Below the pieces are notes generated by a model. That model saw only the letters and a program-made list of their open reading frames with translations, was not told the origin of the DNA and ran no database searches. Position numbers and translations under genes: made by a program. Source: Pristiophorus japonicus (lineage: Eukaryota). Taken from it: a stretch of DNA of 64,000 bases. Shown here piece after piece: positions 24,986 through 36,905 of the stretch. The stretch lies in NCBI RefSeq assembly GCF_044704955.1, contig NC_091999.1:23436001-23500000 (forward strand), read 5' to 3'. Within the stretch, counting starts at the first letter, position 1. The number at the start of each line of letters is the position of its first letter.

Positions 24986-27900
24986 CGGAGAGAGAGAGAA
25001 GCAATGGGAAATCAGATAGAGAAACACTGCGACATTCAGAATTAGAGGGAAAACGATAGGTATTTAGATAGAGAGACACTGAGAGTCAGACAGGGAGAAA
25101 AACAGGAGTGATCAGATAGAGAGACACGGAGACAGTCAGACAGGGAGAAGATCAGGCGTAGTCAGATAGTAAGACATTGAGGTAATGTGACAGTGAGACT
25201 GAAACAGTGGGTGATCATACAGAGAGAAACTGAAACATTCAGGCACAGACAGTAACAGGGTGTAATCATAGAGCGAGAGACATTGACATAGTCAGACACA
25301 CAGAGAACAGGGACTAATCAGAGAGGGCAACAATGTGACAATGTGACAGAGATAGAGAGAGAGAGGAGTAATCAGATAGAGACACGCTGAGGCAGTTAGA
25401 TTCAGAGAGCCAGTCGCAAATATTAATCAGATAGAGAGACACTGAAATAGCCAGACAGAGAGTGAGAAGCAGGGAGTAATGAGATAGAGATATGCTGCGA
25501 CAGTCATACAGAGATAGAAACAAGGGGCAATCATATAGAATCTCACTGAGACACAGTCGGACAGAGAGCGAGAGAGACGCAGGATGTATTCAGCTAGANN
25601 NNNNNNNNNNNNNNNNNNNNNNNNNNNNNNNNNNNNNNNNNNNNNNNNNNNNNNNNNNNNNNNNNNNNNNNNNNNNNNNNNNNNNNNNNNNNNNNNNNNN
25701 NNNNNNNNNNNNNNNNNNNNNNNNNNNNNNNNNNNNNNNNNNNNNNNNNNNNNNNNNNNNNNNNNNNNNNNNNNNNNNNNNNNNNNNNNNNNNNNNNNNN
25801 NNNNNNNNNNNNNNNNNNNNNNNNATAGATATACACTGGGAATGGCAGACATAGAAAGAGACTCTGAGATACAGACAGAGAGAGAAAAACGGGTTAATCA
25901 GATGGATTGTAACTGAGACAGTCAAACAGCGTGAAGCACGGAGTAATCAGTTAGAGAGACTCTGACACTGTGAGACCGAATGATAAACAGTGATAATCAA
26001 ATAGAGAAATACTGAGACAGACAGACACAGAGAGACACAGCAGTAAATTACATAGGTTTACAGCCAATCATAGAAATATAGAAAATAGTTGCAAGATTAG
26101 GCCATTCGGCCCTTCGAGCCTGCACCGCCATTCAATACGATTATGACTGATCATTCCCTCAGTACCCTTTTCCTGCTTTCTATCCATACCCCTTGATCCC
26201 CTTAGCCGGAAGGGCCATATCGAACTCCCTGTTGAATATATCCAATGAACTGGCATCAACAACTCTCTGCGGCAGGGAATTCCATCGTTTAATAACTCTC
26301 TGAGTGAAGAAGTTTCTCCTAAATGGCTTACCCGTTATCCTAAGGCTACGTCCCCTGGTTCTGGTCTTCCCCAACATTGGGAACATTCTTCCTGCATCTT
26401 AGCTGTACAGTCCCGTCAAAATCGTATACGTTTCTATGAGATCCCCTCCCATCCTCCTAAAGTCCAGTGAATAAAGGCCCAGTTGATCTTGTCTCTTCTC
26501 GTATGACATTAATGACAGAAGGAGGCGTTAATTGAATAGAGAAACACCGAGACAGTCAGACACAGAGAGAGAGAAACAGGGGTTAATCAGATAGTGAGAC
26601 AGTGAGTCAGGCCGAGAGGGAGAAGCAGGTAATATTCAGATAGAGAGATATTTTGACAGAGAGAGAAAAATGGTCAATCAGAAAGATAGGTACTGTGGTA
26701 ACAGACACACAGAGAGAGAAGGAGGGAGTATTCAGAAAGAGACGCTGAGACTGTCAGACACAAAGAGAAAAACAGATGAATCAAATGGAGTGAAACTGCG
26801 ACAGACAAAGATAAAATCAGGGAGTGATCAGATTGTGAGACTCTGAGACAAAAAGACCGGAAGACAAACAGTGTTAATCATACATAGATATACTGAGACA
26901 GACAGGTAGACAGACGAACAGCGGTAAATTAGATAGTGACACTGAGAGAATCAGATACTACGAGACAGAACCAGGGGTTAATCGAATAGAGATATTGAGA
27001 TAATCAGACAGAGAGAGGGAGAACAGGGGAAATCAGACAAATACATTTCGCTACAGTCAGGAGGATAGAGAAACAGGAGGTAATCAGATAGAGGCAGTGA
27101 GACAGTCAGACAGAGAGGGAGAAGCAGGTAATATTCAGATAGAAAGATATTTTGACAGACAGACAGAGAGAGAAACAGGGGATAATGAGAAAGTGAGGTA
27201 CTGAGGTAACAGACACACAGAGAGAGAAGGATGGAGTATTTAGATAGGGACACTGATAGTGTCAGACACAAAGAGAAAAACAGATTAATCAGATGGAATG
27301 AAACGGCAGTCAGGGAGATAAAATCAGGCACTGATCAGATATGGAGACTCTGAGACAGAAAGACCGAAAGACAAACAACGTTAATCATATAGAGAGATAC
27401 TGAGACCGAATTATAGAGAGAGAAACAGGGGTAAATTAGATAGAGTGAGACTCAGACAATCAGATACTATGAGACAGAAGCAGATGTTAATCGAATAGAG
27501 ATACATTGAGACAATCAGGCAGAGAGATAGATAGAACAGGGGTAATCAGAAAAAGAAATTTCGATACAGTCAGGAAGATAGAGAAACAGGGGTAATCAGA
27601 TAGAGACAGTGAGACAGTCAGACAGAGAGGGAGAAGCAGGTATTATTCAGATAGAGATACATTTTGACAGACAGACAGGAGAGAAATAGGGGGTAATCAG
27701 ACAGAAAGAGAGACAGAGGCTGTCAGACAGAGAGATAACAGGAATTCGTCAGATAGGAAGACAATGAGGCAACAGACAGTGAGAGAGAAATACGGGTAAT
27801 CTGATCGATATACACTGATGTAGTCTGAAACAGAGAGATCACAGATGTTNNNNNNNNNNNNNNNNNNNNNNNNNNNNNNNNNNNNNNNNNNNNNNNNNNN

Positions 27901-28473
27901 NNNNNNNNNNNNNNNNNNNNNNNNNNNNNNNNNNNNNNNNNNNNNNNNNNNNNNNNNNNNNNNNNNNNNNNNNNNNNNNNNNNNNNNNNNNNNNNNNNNN
28001 NNNNNNNNNNNNNNAGATGGATAGACATTGAAACACATAGACGGGGAAAGAGAGAGGGGTTAATCAGATAAATAAATACTGGGACAGTCAGAAAGAGAGC
28101 AACGTGGGGTAAGCAGATAGAGAGACACTGAGATAATCAGACAGAGGGAGTGAAACAGGAGGTAATCAGATCGACAGACACTGAGACAGTCAGAGAGAGC
28201 GAATGAGACAAGGGGTAATCAGACAGAGAGACAGAGAGACAGTGAGAAAGTCAGGAGTGAAAAAAACAGGGCGTGATCAGATAGATAGACACTGAAAATT
28301 CAGAAATAGGGAGAAAACAGGGGTTAAACTGATAGAGAGATATTGAGAAAATCAGGCACAGGGTAAAGCAGGGCTTATGAGATACTGAGCGAGATAGAGA
28401 GATAGAGAGACCGCTATGGAGAGAGACAGAGATACAAAGAGGTATATAGATAGAGAGATACAGGTATAGATTT

Positions 28474-28526
<53 letters not shown>

Positions 28527-28745
28527 AACGGGGATAGATATAGCATAAGACAGACACAGGGATAAAGAGATACAGAGTGATTCAGAGAAACAGAGAGAAA
28601 GAGAAAGGGAGAGCGAGAGTTAAAGGGAGAGTTAGAGAGAAAGTCAGACTGTCAGAGATACAGATATGTATAGACATATATATATATATAGATAGATACA
28701 AATTATACAGAGGTAAAGAAATCGAGAGAGATAAAGAGAGACTGT
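24985..28745. repeat. GA-rich degenerate satellite (~45-50 bp unit); contains two assembly gaps and a CR1 fragment
   Basis: Recurring AATCAGATAGAGAGACACTGAGACAGTCAGACAGAGAG..AAACAGGGG. N runs at 25599-25824 and 27850-28014. Ends in (GA)n. Confidence 0.85.
26068..26506 (-). mobile_element. 5'-truncated CR1 3' fragment
   Basis: MFPMLGKTRTRGRSL..FFTQRV..WNSLP; (ATAGAAA) tail. Confidence 0.88.
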
Positions 28746-29817
28746 AAGGGGATAAAATACCATCACTAAAGTGGGAGTGGACAGACGGACAGATGGTCAC
28801 TAAAGTGGCTACTGAAGGTAGTGAATTGATCTAACACATGGTCTAGATTGTAGGCCTTATCAGTATTAGGAGGTTCTGAGGAATCAGGAGTTCCTCTGTC
28901 TTACGGTAGGGATTATAATATATATTAAATTGACCGGTTGTATGAAAAACTCACTTATGTATGTACAGCACGCTTATACTCTCGCTTTTTATGGGTTTTC
29001 AGTCGCGGAAACAGCAAATTGTGCTTCACAGTAAAGCGTGATGAACCATTCGTTGTGTTAACCTTAATAAAGACTGAGGGAAACATACATTCAGTACAGA
29101 ATAACACATCCATCAAAGTCAGTGGAGAATTAACAGTTTGAAACAAGATTGGACAGCATCTCAATCTCATGAGATTCTTAAGGGAACTCGAACATTTTCA
29201 CTAGAATTCTCTTGGGAACAGGATAAGAAAGTATGTATTTGGGAACAAGATAGCAAATCCTGGGAAGCAATTTCAATTCACACTTCACGAGGAATTGAGG
29301 CAAATTTGACACCACAGAATAACACATTCCAGAAGGGTGACATGTGATGCAAGATGGAGAGGTGGGGAAGCACTACTCAGAGCCAGTCTGACAAGGGTCG
29401 ACACATCAATGTAAGTTCGTTGATAGCAGTATGCCAATCGATGTTTTTTTAAGAGGGGCGCACACCTCTAAAATTGTAGAATTGTATTTGCAAAACCTCT
29501 GTTCTGGGAAGGTCCATCCATGAAAACTTCCCCTGCATGCTTGAATACAAACCAGTTGAAACGAAGTTTCGTCTGAGTGATTCTGTGGTCGCTATACGGG
29601 CGGGTGGGTGTCGATTCCTTACATCAGGGAGTCCACCTTGAGTAAGAGACGTTTTCCTTCTACACCAACAGAGACAATGATACAAAGAGGTTGAGAGATA
29701 CAGCGATTGAGCAAGCGGTACAGGGAGCGAGAAAAAGAGATAAAGAAAGAGAGAGCGAGAGAGATACATAGATAGAGAGACTGATACAGAGATAATGAGA
29801 GACAGAGAGCAATGTAA

Positions 29818-29856
<39 letters not shown>

Positions 29857-30249
29857 CATGATTGTGCTTCTTGATAAAGATCTTCACTCCAAACTCAGTA
29901 TCATGATTTCAATCCTGTCTTCTGACGCTGATTCGTCCTGTTTTTTTGAATGGACAATGAAAGGTTGACAATGTTATAAAACCCATCAGCACCTGTCAGT
30001 ATGTGCTAGAAGCTTTGTTTTCCACTTATGGTTTGCAGAGATCTGTTCCCGTGGTGCCATTCAGGTATTTGTTTCCAGTTGCTCTCCTGTTTACACTGAG
30101 GGTGGGCTTTGCGCAATGCATTGAGCTGTGTGTATGTGTTAAAGGCATTTATGAAATTGCACGTGTGGGTCCAGCCTCCATTGCTTGAGTGTTGTTTATT
30201 CTGATAACATGATGCCTTTTACTTGCTAATGCTCCTTATCAAGTCCAGT

Positions 30250-30549
30250 GAGGAAATAGTGTTCTTGTTTCAGGACCCACCGAGTAACACCTTGGGTGAC
30301 GGGCAAAGTTTCACTTTGAAGTGTAATTATCCGACATCACCTCCTCACCCTTCATTTTTTCTCATGCATTCAGCAGCCAGAGGCAAATCCGCAATAAATA
30401 CTGCAAAGCTCGATCTAGAAATAATGTAACTGCCTTTGGGAAGTGTCTGCTGTAGTTACATTAGACAATGCCATAGGAACGGTTCCTTTAAACATTCAAT
30501 ATTGCCAGGTGTCTGACAGCGTCATTTATTACTGTTCACTTGCTCTGTG
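30250..30549 (+). pseudogene. TCR alpha-type V segment, strongly decayed (V-d)
   Basis: FQDPPSNTLGDGQSFTLKCNYPTSPPHP..(frameshift)IQQPEANPQ*IL..VTLDNAIGTVPLNIQYCQVSDSVIYYCSLAL, then heptamer CACAATG at 30550-30556; no nonamer at +23. Possible leader (R)YLFPVALLFTLR at ~30063-30102. 5' boundary approximate. Confidence 0.78.
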
Positions 30550-31209
30550 CACAATGTGCATGGTTGAAAGTCGTCTTTTCCCATCTGTCAAGCTCCAACT
30601 TGACAGATCCTCCACATCTCAGCAGCCAGCACATTCGCATCGGCAAGATTGCAAATGTCCTGAAAACTTGAAGCTAATAAAAGCAGGCGCAAAGCCTTCT
30701 TTTATAGGCATAAGAGTTTTAAATCATGAAACTCATAGAAAAATAACATTTAAAATACATTTTTTGTTAAAAGCCCTGCCCACTGAGGTAAGTTTATTTT
30801 AAACTGGAAATAAAAAAAACTTTTTTTAAAATTGGAAAGATTTTTTTATTGGACAAAAATAGCTTTAATTTAAATAAATATAAAATATGTGGTGTATTTT
30901 TTCTTTTTTTTCTTTTTGTTTTGATGTTTGGCGGGTGTGTTTCTCAATCAAAATAACCGGAAATCCAACTTATGGAGTTCCCGTTATTTTAAATGAGAAA
31001 ATATTGTACCTTGATTGGCTGCCCAGGGCCATGTGATTCCAGCTCAAGCTTATGGACGTTGAGACGTGCTCGCCTCTGCTGCACAGCGTGGAGGCCTTAG
31101 GCCTGAATTGATGGTAGTCGCAGCAATTGCAGGTATTTGTGCAACTTTTAACATTTTTTAGTCGATCGCCTTCGGGAAGACCTCGACTGGGATTTCTAGG
31201 CCATTGTTA

Positions 31210-32797
31210 AACATAGATACATAGAAACATAGAAAATAGGTGCAGGAGTAGGCCATTCGGCCCTCCAACCTGCACCGCCATTCAATGAGTTCATGGCTGA
31301 ACATTCAACTTCAGGACCCCATTCCTGCTTTCTCGCCATACCCCTTGATCCCCCTAGTAGTAATGACCTCATCTTACTCCTTTTTGAATATATTTAGTGA
31401 ATTGGCCTCAACAACTTTCTGTGGTAGAGAATTCCACAGGTTCACCACTCTCTGGGTGAAGAAGTTCCTCCGCATCTCGGTCCTAAATGGCTTACCCCTT
31501 ATCCTTAGACTGTGACCTTTGGTTCTGGACTTCCCCAACATTGGGAACATTCTTCCTGCATCTAACCTGTCTAACCCCGTCAGAATTTTAAATGTTTCTA
31601 TGAGGTCCCCTCTCATTCTTCTGAACTCCAGTGAATACAAGCCCAGTTGATCCAGTCTTTCTTGATAGGACAGTCCCGCCATCCCGGGAATCAGTCTGGT
31701 GAACCTTCGCTGCACTCCCTCAATAGCAAGAATGTCCTTCCTCAGGTTAGGAGACCAAAACTGTACACAATACTTCAGGTGTGGCCTCACCAATGCCCTG
31801 TACAACTGTAGCAACACCTCCCTGCCCCTGTAATCAAATCCCCTTGCTATGAAGGCCAACATGCCATTTGCTTTCTTAACCGCCTGCTGCACCTGCATGC
31901 CAACCTTCAATGACTGATGTACAATGACACCCAGGTCTCTTTGCACCTCCCCTTTTCCTAATCTGTCACCATTCAGATAATAGTCTGTCTCTCTGTTTTT
32001 ACCACCAAAGTGGATAACCTCACATTTATCCACATTATACTTCATCTGCCATGCATTTGCCCACTCACCTAACCTATCCAAGTCGCTCTGCAGCCTCACA
32101 GCATCCTCCTCGCAGCTCACACTGCCACCCAACTTAGTGTTATCCGCAAATTTGGAGATACTACATTTAATCCCCTCATCTAAATCATTAATGTACAGTG
32201 TAAACAGCTGGGGCCCCAGCACAGAACCTTGCGGTACCCCACTAGTCACTGCCTGCCATTCTGAAAAGTACCCATTTACTCCTACTCTTTGCTTCCTGTC
32301 TGACAACCAGTTCTCAATCCATGTCAGTACATTACCCCCAATCCCATGTGCTCTAACTTTGCACATCAATCTCTTGTGTGGGACCTTGTCGAAAGCCTTC
32401 TGAAAGTCCAAATATACCACATCAACTGGTTTTCCCTTATCCACTCTACTGGAAATATCCTCAAAAAATTTCAGAAGATTTGTCAAGCATGATTTCCCTT
32501 TCACAAATCCATGCTGACTTGGACCGATCATGTCACCTCTTTCCAAATGCACTGCTATGATATCCTTAATAATTGATTCCATCATTTTACCCACTTCCGA
32601 TATCAGGCTGACCGGTCTATAATTCCCTGTTTTCTCTCTCCCTCCTTTTTTAAAAAGTGGGGTTACATTGGCTACCCTCCACTCCAATAGAACTGATCCA
32701 GAGTAAATGGAATGTTGGTAAATGATTGTCAACGCATCCACTATTTCCAAGGCCACCTCCTTAAGTACTCTGGGATGCAGTCCATCAGGCCCTGGGG
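31210..32797 (-). mobile_element. 5'-truncated young CR1 LINE with uninterrupted RT reading frame
   Basis: ORF 31374-32852 from PGPDGLHPRVLKE onward is nearly identical to the 14.9-16.5 kb copy; the catalytic motif reads FADN; 3' tail (ATAGAAAC)n. Confidence 0.95.
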
Positions 32798-33149
32798 AAT
32801 GTAAAGATTGCAGTTGCGACTGTGTTTGCTGACAGACATTTCGATGTACCACATGGTCGAGACCGTGGCTGTGACTGTATCAAAACCTAATGTGCAGCGT
32901 CAGGAAAACATTGTGCCAATTTGGAACAGTAATAGGAGGGCAGACCTTCCAATGATGAAGTTTCTTCTTGAGAACTTAACGTTGGTATTTTTTGCCCAGG
33001 AGCGCACACTTTAATAGGTTTAAAGTCCATGTTAAGAAAATACACAAAGGAATTTATTACACATTTGTTCGTGTTCCTTTGTGAACTTTACTGACCTGCC
33101 GATTTGCCAGATCATTTTGCATTATCCTTTGATTTCCACAGGGTTAAAA

Positions 33150-33615
33150 TGGAGAAGGAAGTGGCCTCGTGTCAGACCGAGAGATTAAAGCTTGAGTAGA
33201 GTAGGCCTATATTCTCTGGAGTTTAGAGGAATTAGGTGATCCCATTGAAACGGGGACAATTTTAACAGGGCTTGGCAGCGTCGATGATAAGAGGATGATT
33301 ACCCTCGCTGGAAATTCTAGGACTAGGGGTGATAGACGCAGCATAACGGGTCGGCCATTTAGGACTGAGATGAGGAGGGATTACTTACTCAGAGGATGGT
33401 GAATATTTGCAATTTTTATCTTCCCGGGGGCTGCGGAGTCTCAGTCGTTGTATATTCGAGACAGAGGTCAATAGATTTTTGGGCTCAAAACGAATATGGG
33501 AATGGGAAGTGGAGATGATGTACAAGTTCAGCCATGACCTTATTGACCAGCAAATGAGGCTGGAAGGGCCACATGACCTACACCTGCACATATTTCTTAC
33601 CTTCTTATGTTCTTA
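33150..33615 (+). mobile_element. Old CR1 3' fragment
   Basis: LGLYSLEFR..RTRG..PFRTEMRR..FTQR remnants, ending TTCTTATGTTCTT. Confidence 0.75.
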
Positions 33616-33804
33616 AGGGGAAAATAGTCACGGACGAAGGGGACAGTCTGGAAGGGAGCGGTAGTGCAAAGCTGGCAATAGCGAATCGGCTGCACATTTT
33701 ACAAGGCCGACAAAGACCAATGTCATGAAGAATGTCAGGCCGAAGAAAAGAAAGACACCAAGATATAATCCGAGTAGTAATTGAAGCCGACTCTTAAAGC
33801 TTTT

Positions 33805-34712
33805 CTAGTTTACTAAATTTACAATTCGATTGCAAAAATATTTTGCCGCATGCTTTAACTTCTCCCTAAATTTTTTCTGTGTCACTGTATAAATACACGT
33901 GTTGGTGCAGCAACTTAGGAGCTGGAGCATGTTTCTACCTACCTGGCGAATGAAATTGGGTTCATTGAAATTGGAACCTGCGAAATAAGATCCGTTTGTA
34001 ATTTTCACATACAAGAAATCTACAACATACGTCATCCATAACAGGATTAAACTGCCCGAGACGGTGAAGAGTAAAATGATGGACTTTCTCCGGCTTTCCA
34101 TCTCTGGGTCACTCTCGTTCTTTCCATTGATGTGGGTCCGGAGCCTCCTGCGGGCTCTGTTGGCTGCTACAATGTGTCTGACGGTCAGAGCATTCAGCAG
34201 CAAGATCAGGAAGAATGGGAGGCCTGTGTTGAAAAGACGAGCAAACCAATCATACGCTATCCACACGAGTGAAGTGTAGAAGCTTGATTTAATATTTCAA
34301 AACTACGGGACCTTGTTGATTATATAGAGCGGTTCGTATATAAAGTACCAAGGAACGCTTTTTAAACAGCTCAGTAAACAGACCGTTCCTATAACCACAG
34401 CCGCTGTTTTCTCGGCGCAATAATTTGTTTTCAGCTTCTGGCAACAAATGGCTACAAATCGATCAAAGGTGAAAGCGACCGTTAACCAGACCGAACTCTC
34501 CGTGGCTGCATAAATTACCACAGGACTAAGAGTACACGCCGGGGTCAGGGACAAAAAAATTCCTGGAAAATAAATGCCACAAATCCGATTGAATATCACA
34601 GCTGTGATAATGACCAGAAGATCCGTCACCGCCATGGACACAAGGTACCGAGTGGTACATCTGGAGAGACCGCACCTTCCTTGGGACAGGATCACAATTG
34701 CCACTAAATTAA
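33805..34712 (-). pseudogene. GPR139-like class A GPCR, main coding exon, pseudogene
   Basis: After acceptor TTAGTCTCAG: VNLVAIVILSQGRCGLSRCTTRYLVSMAVTDLLVII..TVAFTFDRFVAICC..VP*F*NIKSS..LPFFLILLLNALTVRHI..SDPEMESRRKSIILL..LSCCTNTCIYTVTQKKFREKLK. Two stops (34303-34305, 34297-34299) replace W and C of the ECL2 PWFC motif. Exon 1 not identified. Confidence 0.88.
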
Positions 34713-35756
34713 CTGAGACTAAGAAGAAAGTTAACATTGGGAAGCTACCAGTCAAAGTCTCAGCAAACACATAAGTGTGACAGTTATTCTGTGACATTTT
34801 GAGACTTCATCCAACCACAGCAGAACACCGTTTACAAAAGATACCCCAAAAATTATTAGTGCGTTTCCAGTGTCACCTGTATCTCGACATTTTTCCCGAT
34901 AATTAGTTGTCAACTGTAGGATACAGTATAATGTAACAGGAAAGTAACTTAAAATACAATCGTCAGTATTAATAAGTTGGTATTATGAGAATGTATTATT
35001 TGATAGAGCCGACCACGGTTTAGATGAGACCATTGGGATACTACAAGAGAATACTCAGTAAGCAGGAGGATTCATGTTAATGCAATTTAAGGAGCATCAA
35101 AGGGTATGTGTAAGATTTCTCGCTTGTTTGGAGCTAACACGCCTCCAAACTGTTCTCGATTCTGTTGACTTCTGATCTTTATAACCAAACAAACTCTATA
35201 TATTCTACATACACACAACTATAACCACAGCGAGACTGGAGTGTCTATGGTGCCACATTTCCATTTCCAGGTGATGTGGCACATGACAACAGAAACACGA
35301 CATGAGAATAATCTCAGAATTGATAGGTTCAGAGCGACTGATCTCACATCTAGGTATATAAATCGGCGAAAGCTCACGGAGCGAAATTGCCCTGCACCCT
35401 GATTGGGGTGGTAACCAGCTGGGGTTGGGACATCCTGCGCCCAGTGTGGAAGTCCCGCCCCGGTTGCAGAATTTGGCTTATTGCCGCTCAAATGAAGTGG
35501 AGTGCAAACTCGCGCGTTCCACTTACTTTAGTGGCGGTACCAGCTGCGCTAACAGGGTGAGTAGTGCAGTGCTACACAGATGCTCAACATAACGCTGATG
35601 CGGTTTAATGCCCCTACCCTTCGCCTAAAGGGGAGGGCCTCTGTGCACTTTGCAAGCCTCTGGTGGTCTCCACTAAACCACCAGGACTGCGTGGTACCGG
35701 TCCTGCAGCCTGGCATCCAAAAGAGAATAACGGGCTCCACGATTGTGGCTCGGACC

Positions 35757-36905
35757 ATAAGAACATAAGAACATAAAAAATAGGAACAGAAGTAGGTTAT
35801 ACGGCCCCTCGAGCCTGCATTGTCATTCAATAAGTTCATGGCTCATCTGATGATGTACTCAACTCCACATCCCCACCCGCTCCCCATAACCCCTTATCCC
35901 CTTATCGTTTAAGAAACTGTCTATTTCTGACTTAAAATTATTCAGTATCCCAGCTTCCACAGCTCCCTGAGGCAGCGAAGTCCATAGATTTACAACCCTC
36001 TGAGAGAATAAATTCCTCCTCATCTTTGTTTTAAATGGGCGGCCCCTTATTCTAAGATCATACCCCCTAGTTCTAGTCTCCCCCATCAGTGGAAACAGTC
36101 TCTCTCCATGCATTTTGTCAAACACGATCATAATCTTATACGTTTCGATAAGATCACCTCTCCTTCTTTTGAACTCCATAGAATATAGGGCCAACCTTCT
36201 CAGCCTTTCCACATAAATCAACTGCAGAATTCTCGGAAGCAACCTAGTGAAACTTCTCTGAACTGCCTGCAAAGCAATGATACCCTTGCTTATATATGGA
36301 AACCAAATCTGCACACATTGTTCCAGGGGAGGCCTCACCAAAACTTTTTATAGCTGTAGCAAGCCTTCCCTGTCTTTATACTCCATCCCCTTTGCAATAA
36401 AGCCCAAGATACCATTGGCCTTACTGATCACTTGCTGTACCTGCGTACTATCCTTTTGTATTTCATGTTCAATTACGCCCAGGTCCCGCTGTACTGCGGC
36501 ACTTTGCAATCTTTTGCCATTCAAATAATGACTTGCTCTTTGATTTTTTTATGCCAAACTGTCTCACACTTTCGAACATTTTACTCCATCTGCCAAAATT
36601 TTTGCCCACTCACTTAGCATTTCAATGTTCTTTTGCAGATTTTTTGTATCCCACTCACACATTTGTTTTCCTCTCATCTTTTTATCGTCAGCAAACGTGG
36701 CTACGTAACACTCAGTCCTTTCTTCCAAGTCATTAATATAGATTGTAAATAGTTGGGGTCCCAGCCTGATCCCTGCGGCACCCCACTAGTTACTGGTTGC
36801 CAACCAAAGAATGAACCATTCATCCCGACACTCTGTTCTCTGCTGGTTAGCCAATCCTCTTAAATGTCACAACCAAGTGAACTTTATTTTGTGCAGTACC
36901 CTTTG
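35757..36905 (-). mobile_element. 5'-truncated CR1 LINE
   Basis: ORF 35859-36341 (VRPPLEQCVQIW..RGDLIETYK..); (AAGAACAT)n tail. Confidence 0.9.

Noticed and set aside
31374-32852. 492-aa ORF as an active reverse transcriptase gene
   Set aside because: 5'-truncated CR1; the Met and first ~18 codons come from flanking DNA and the catalytic FADD is FADN.
34713-34797. N-terminal extension of GPCR ORF 34303-34797
   Set aside because: It lies upstream of a polypyrimidine-AG acceptor and is likely intronic; the real exon 1 was not found.
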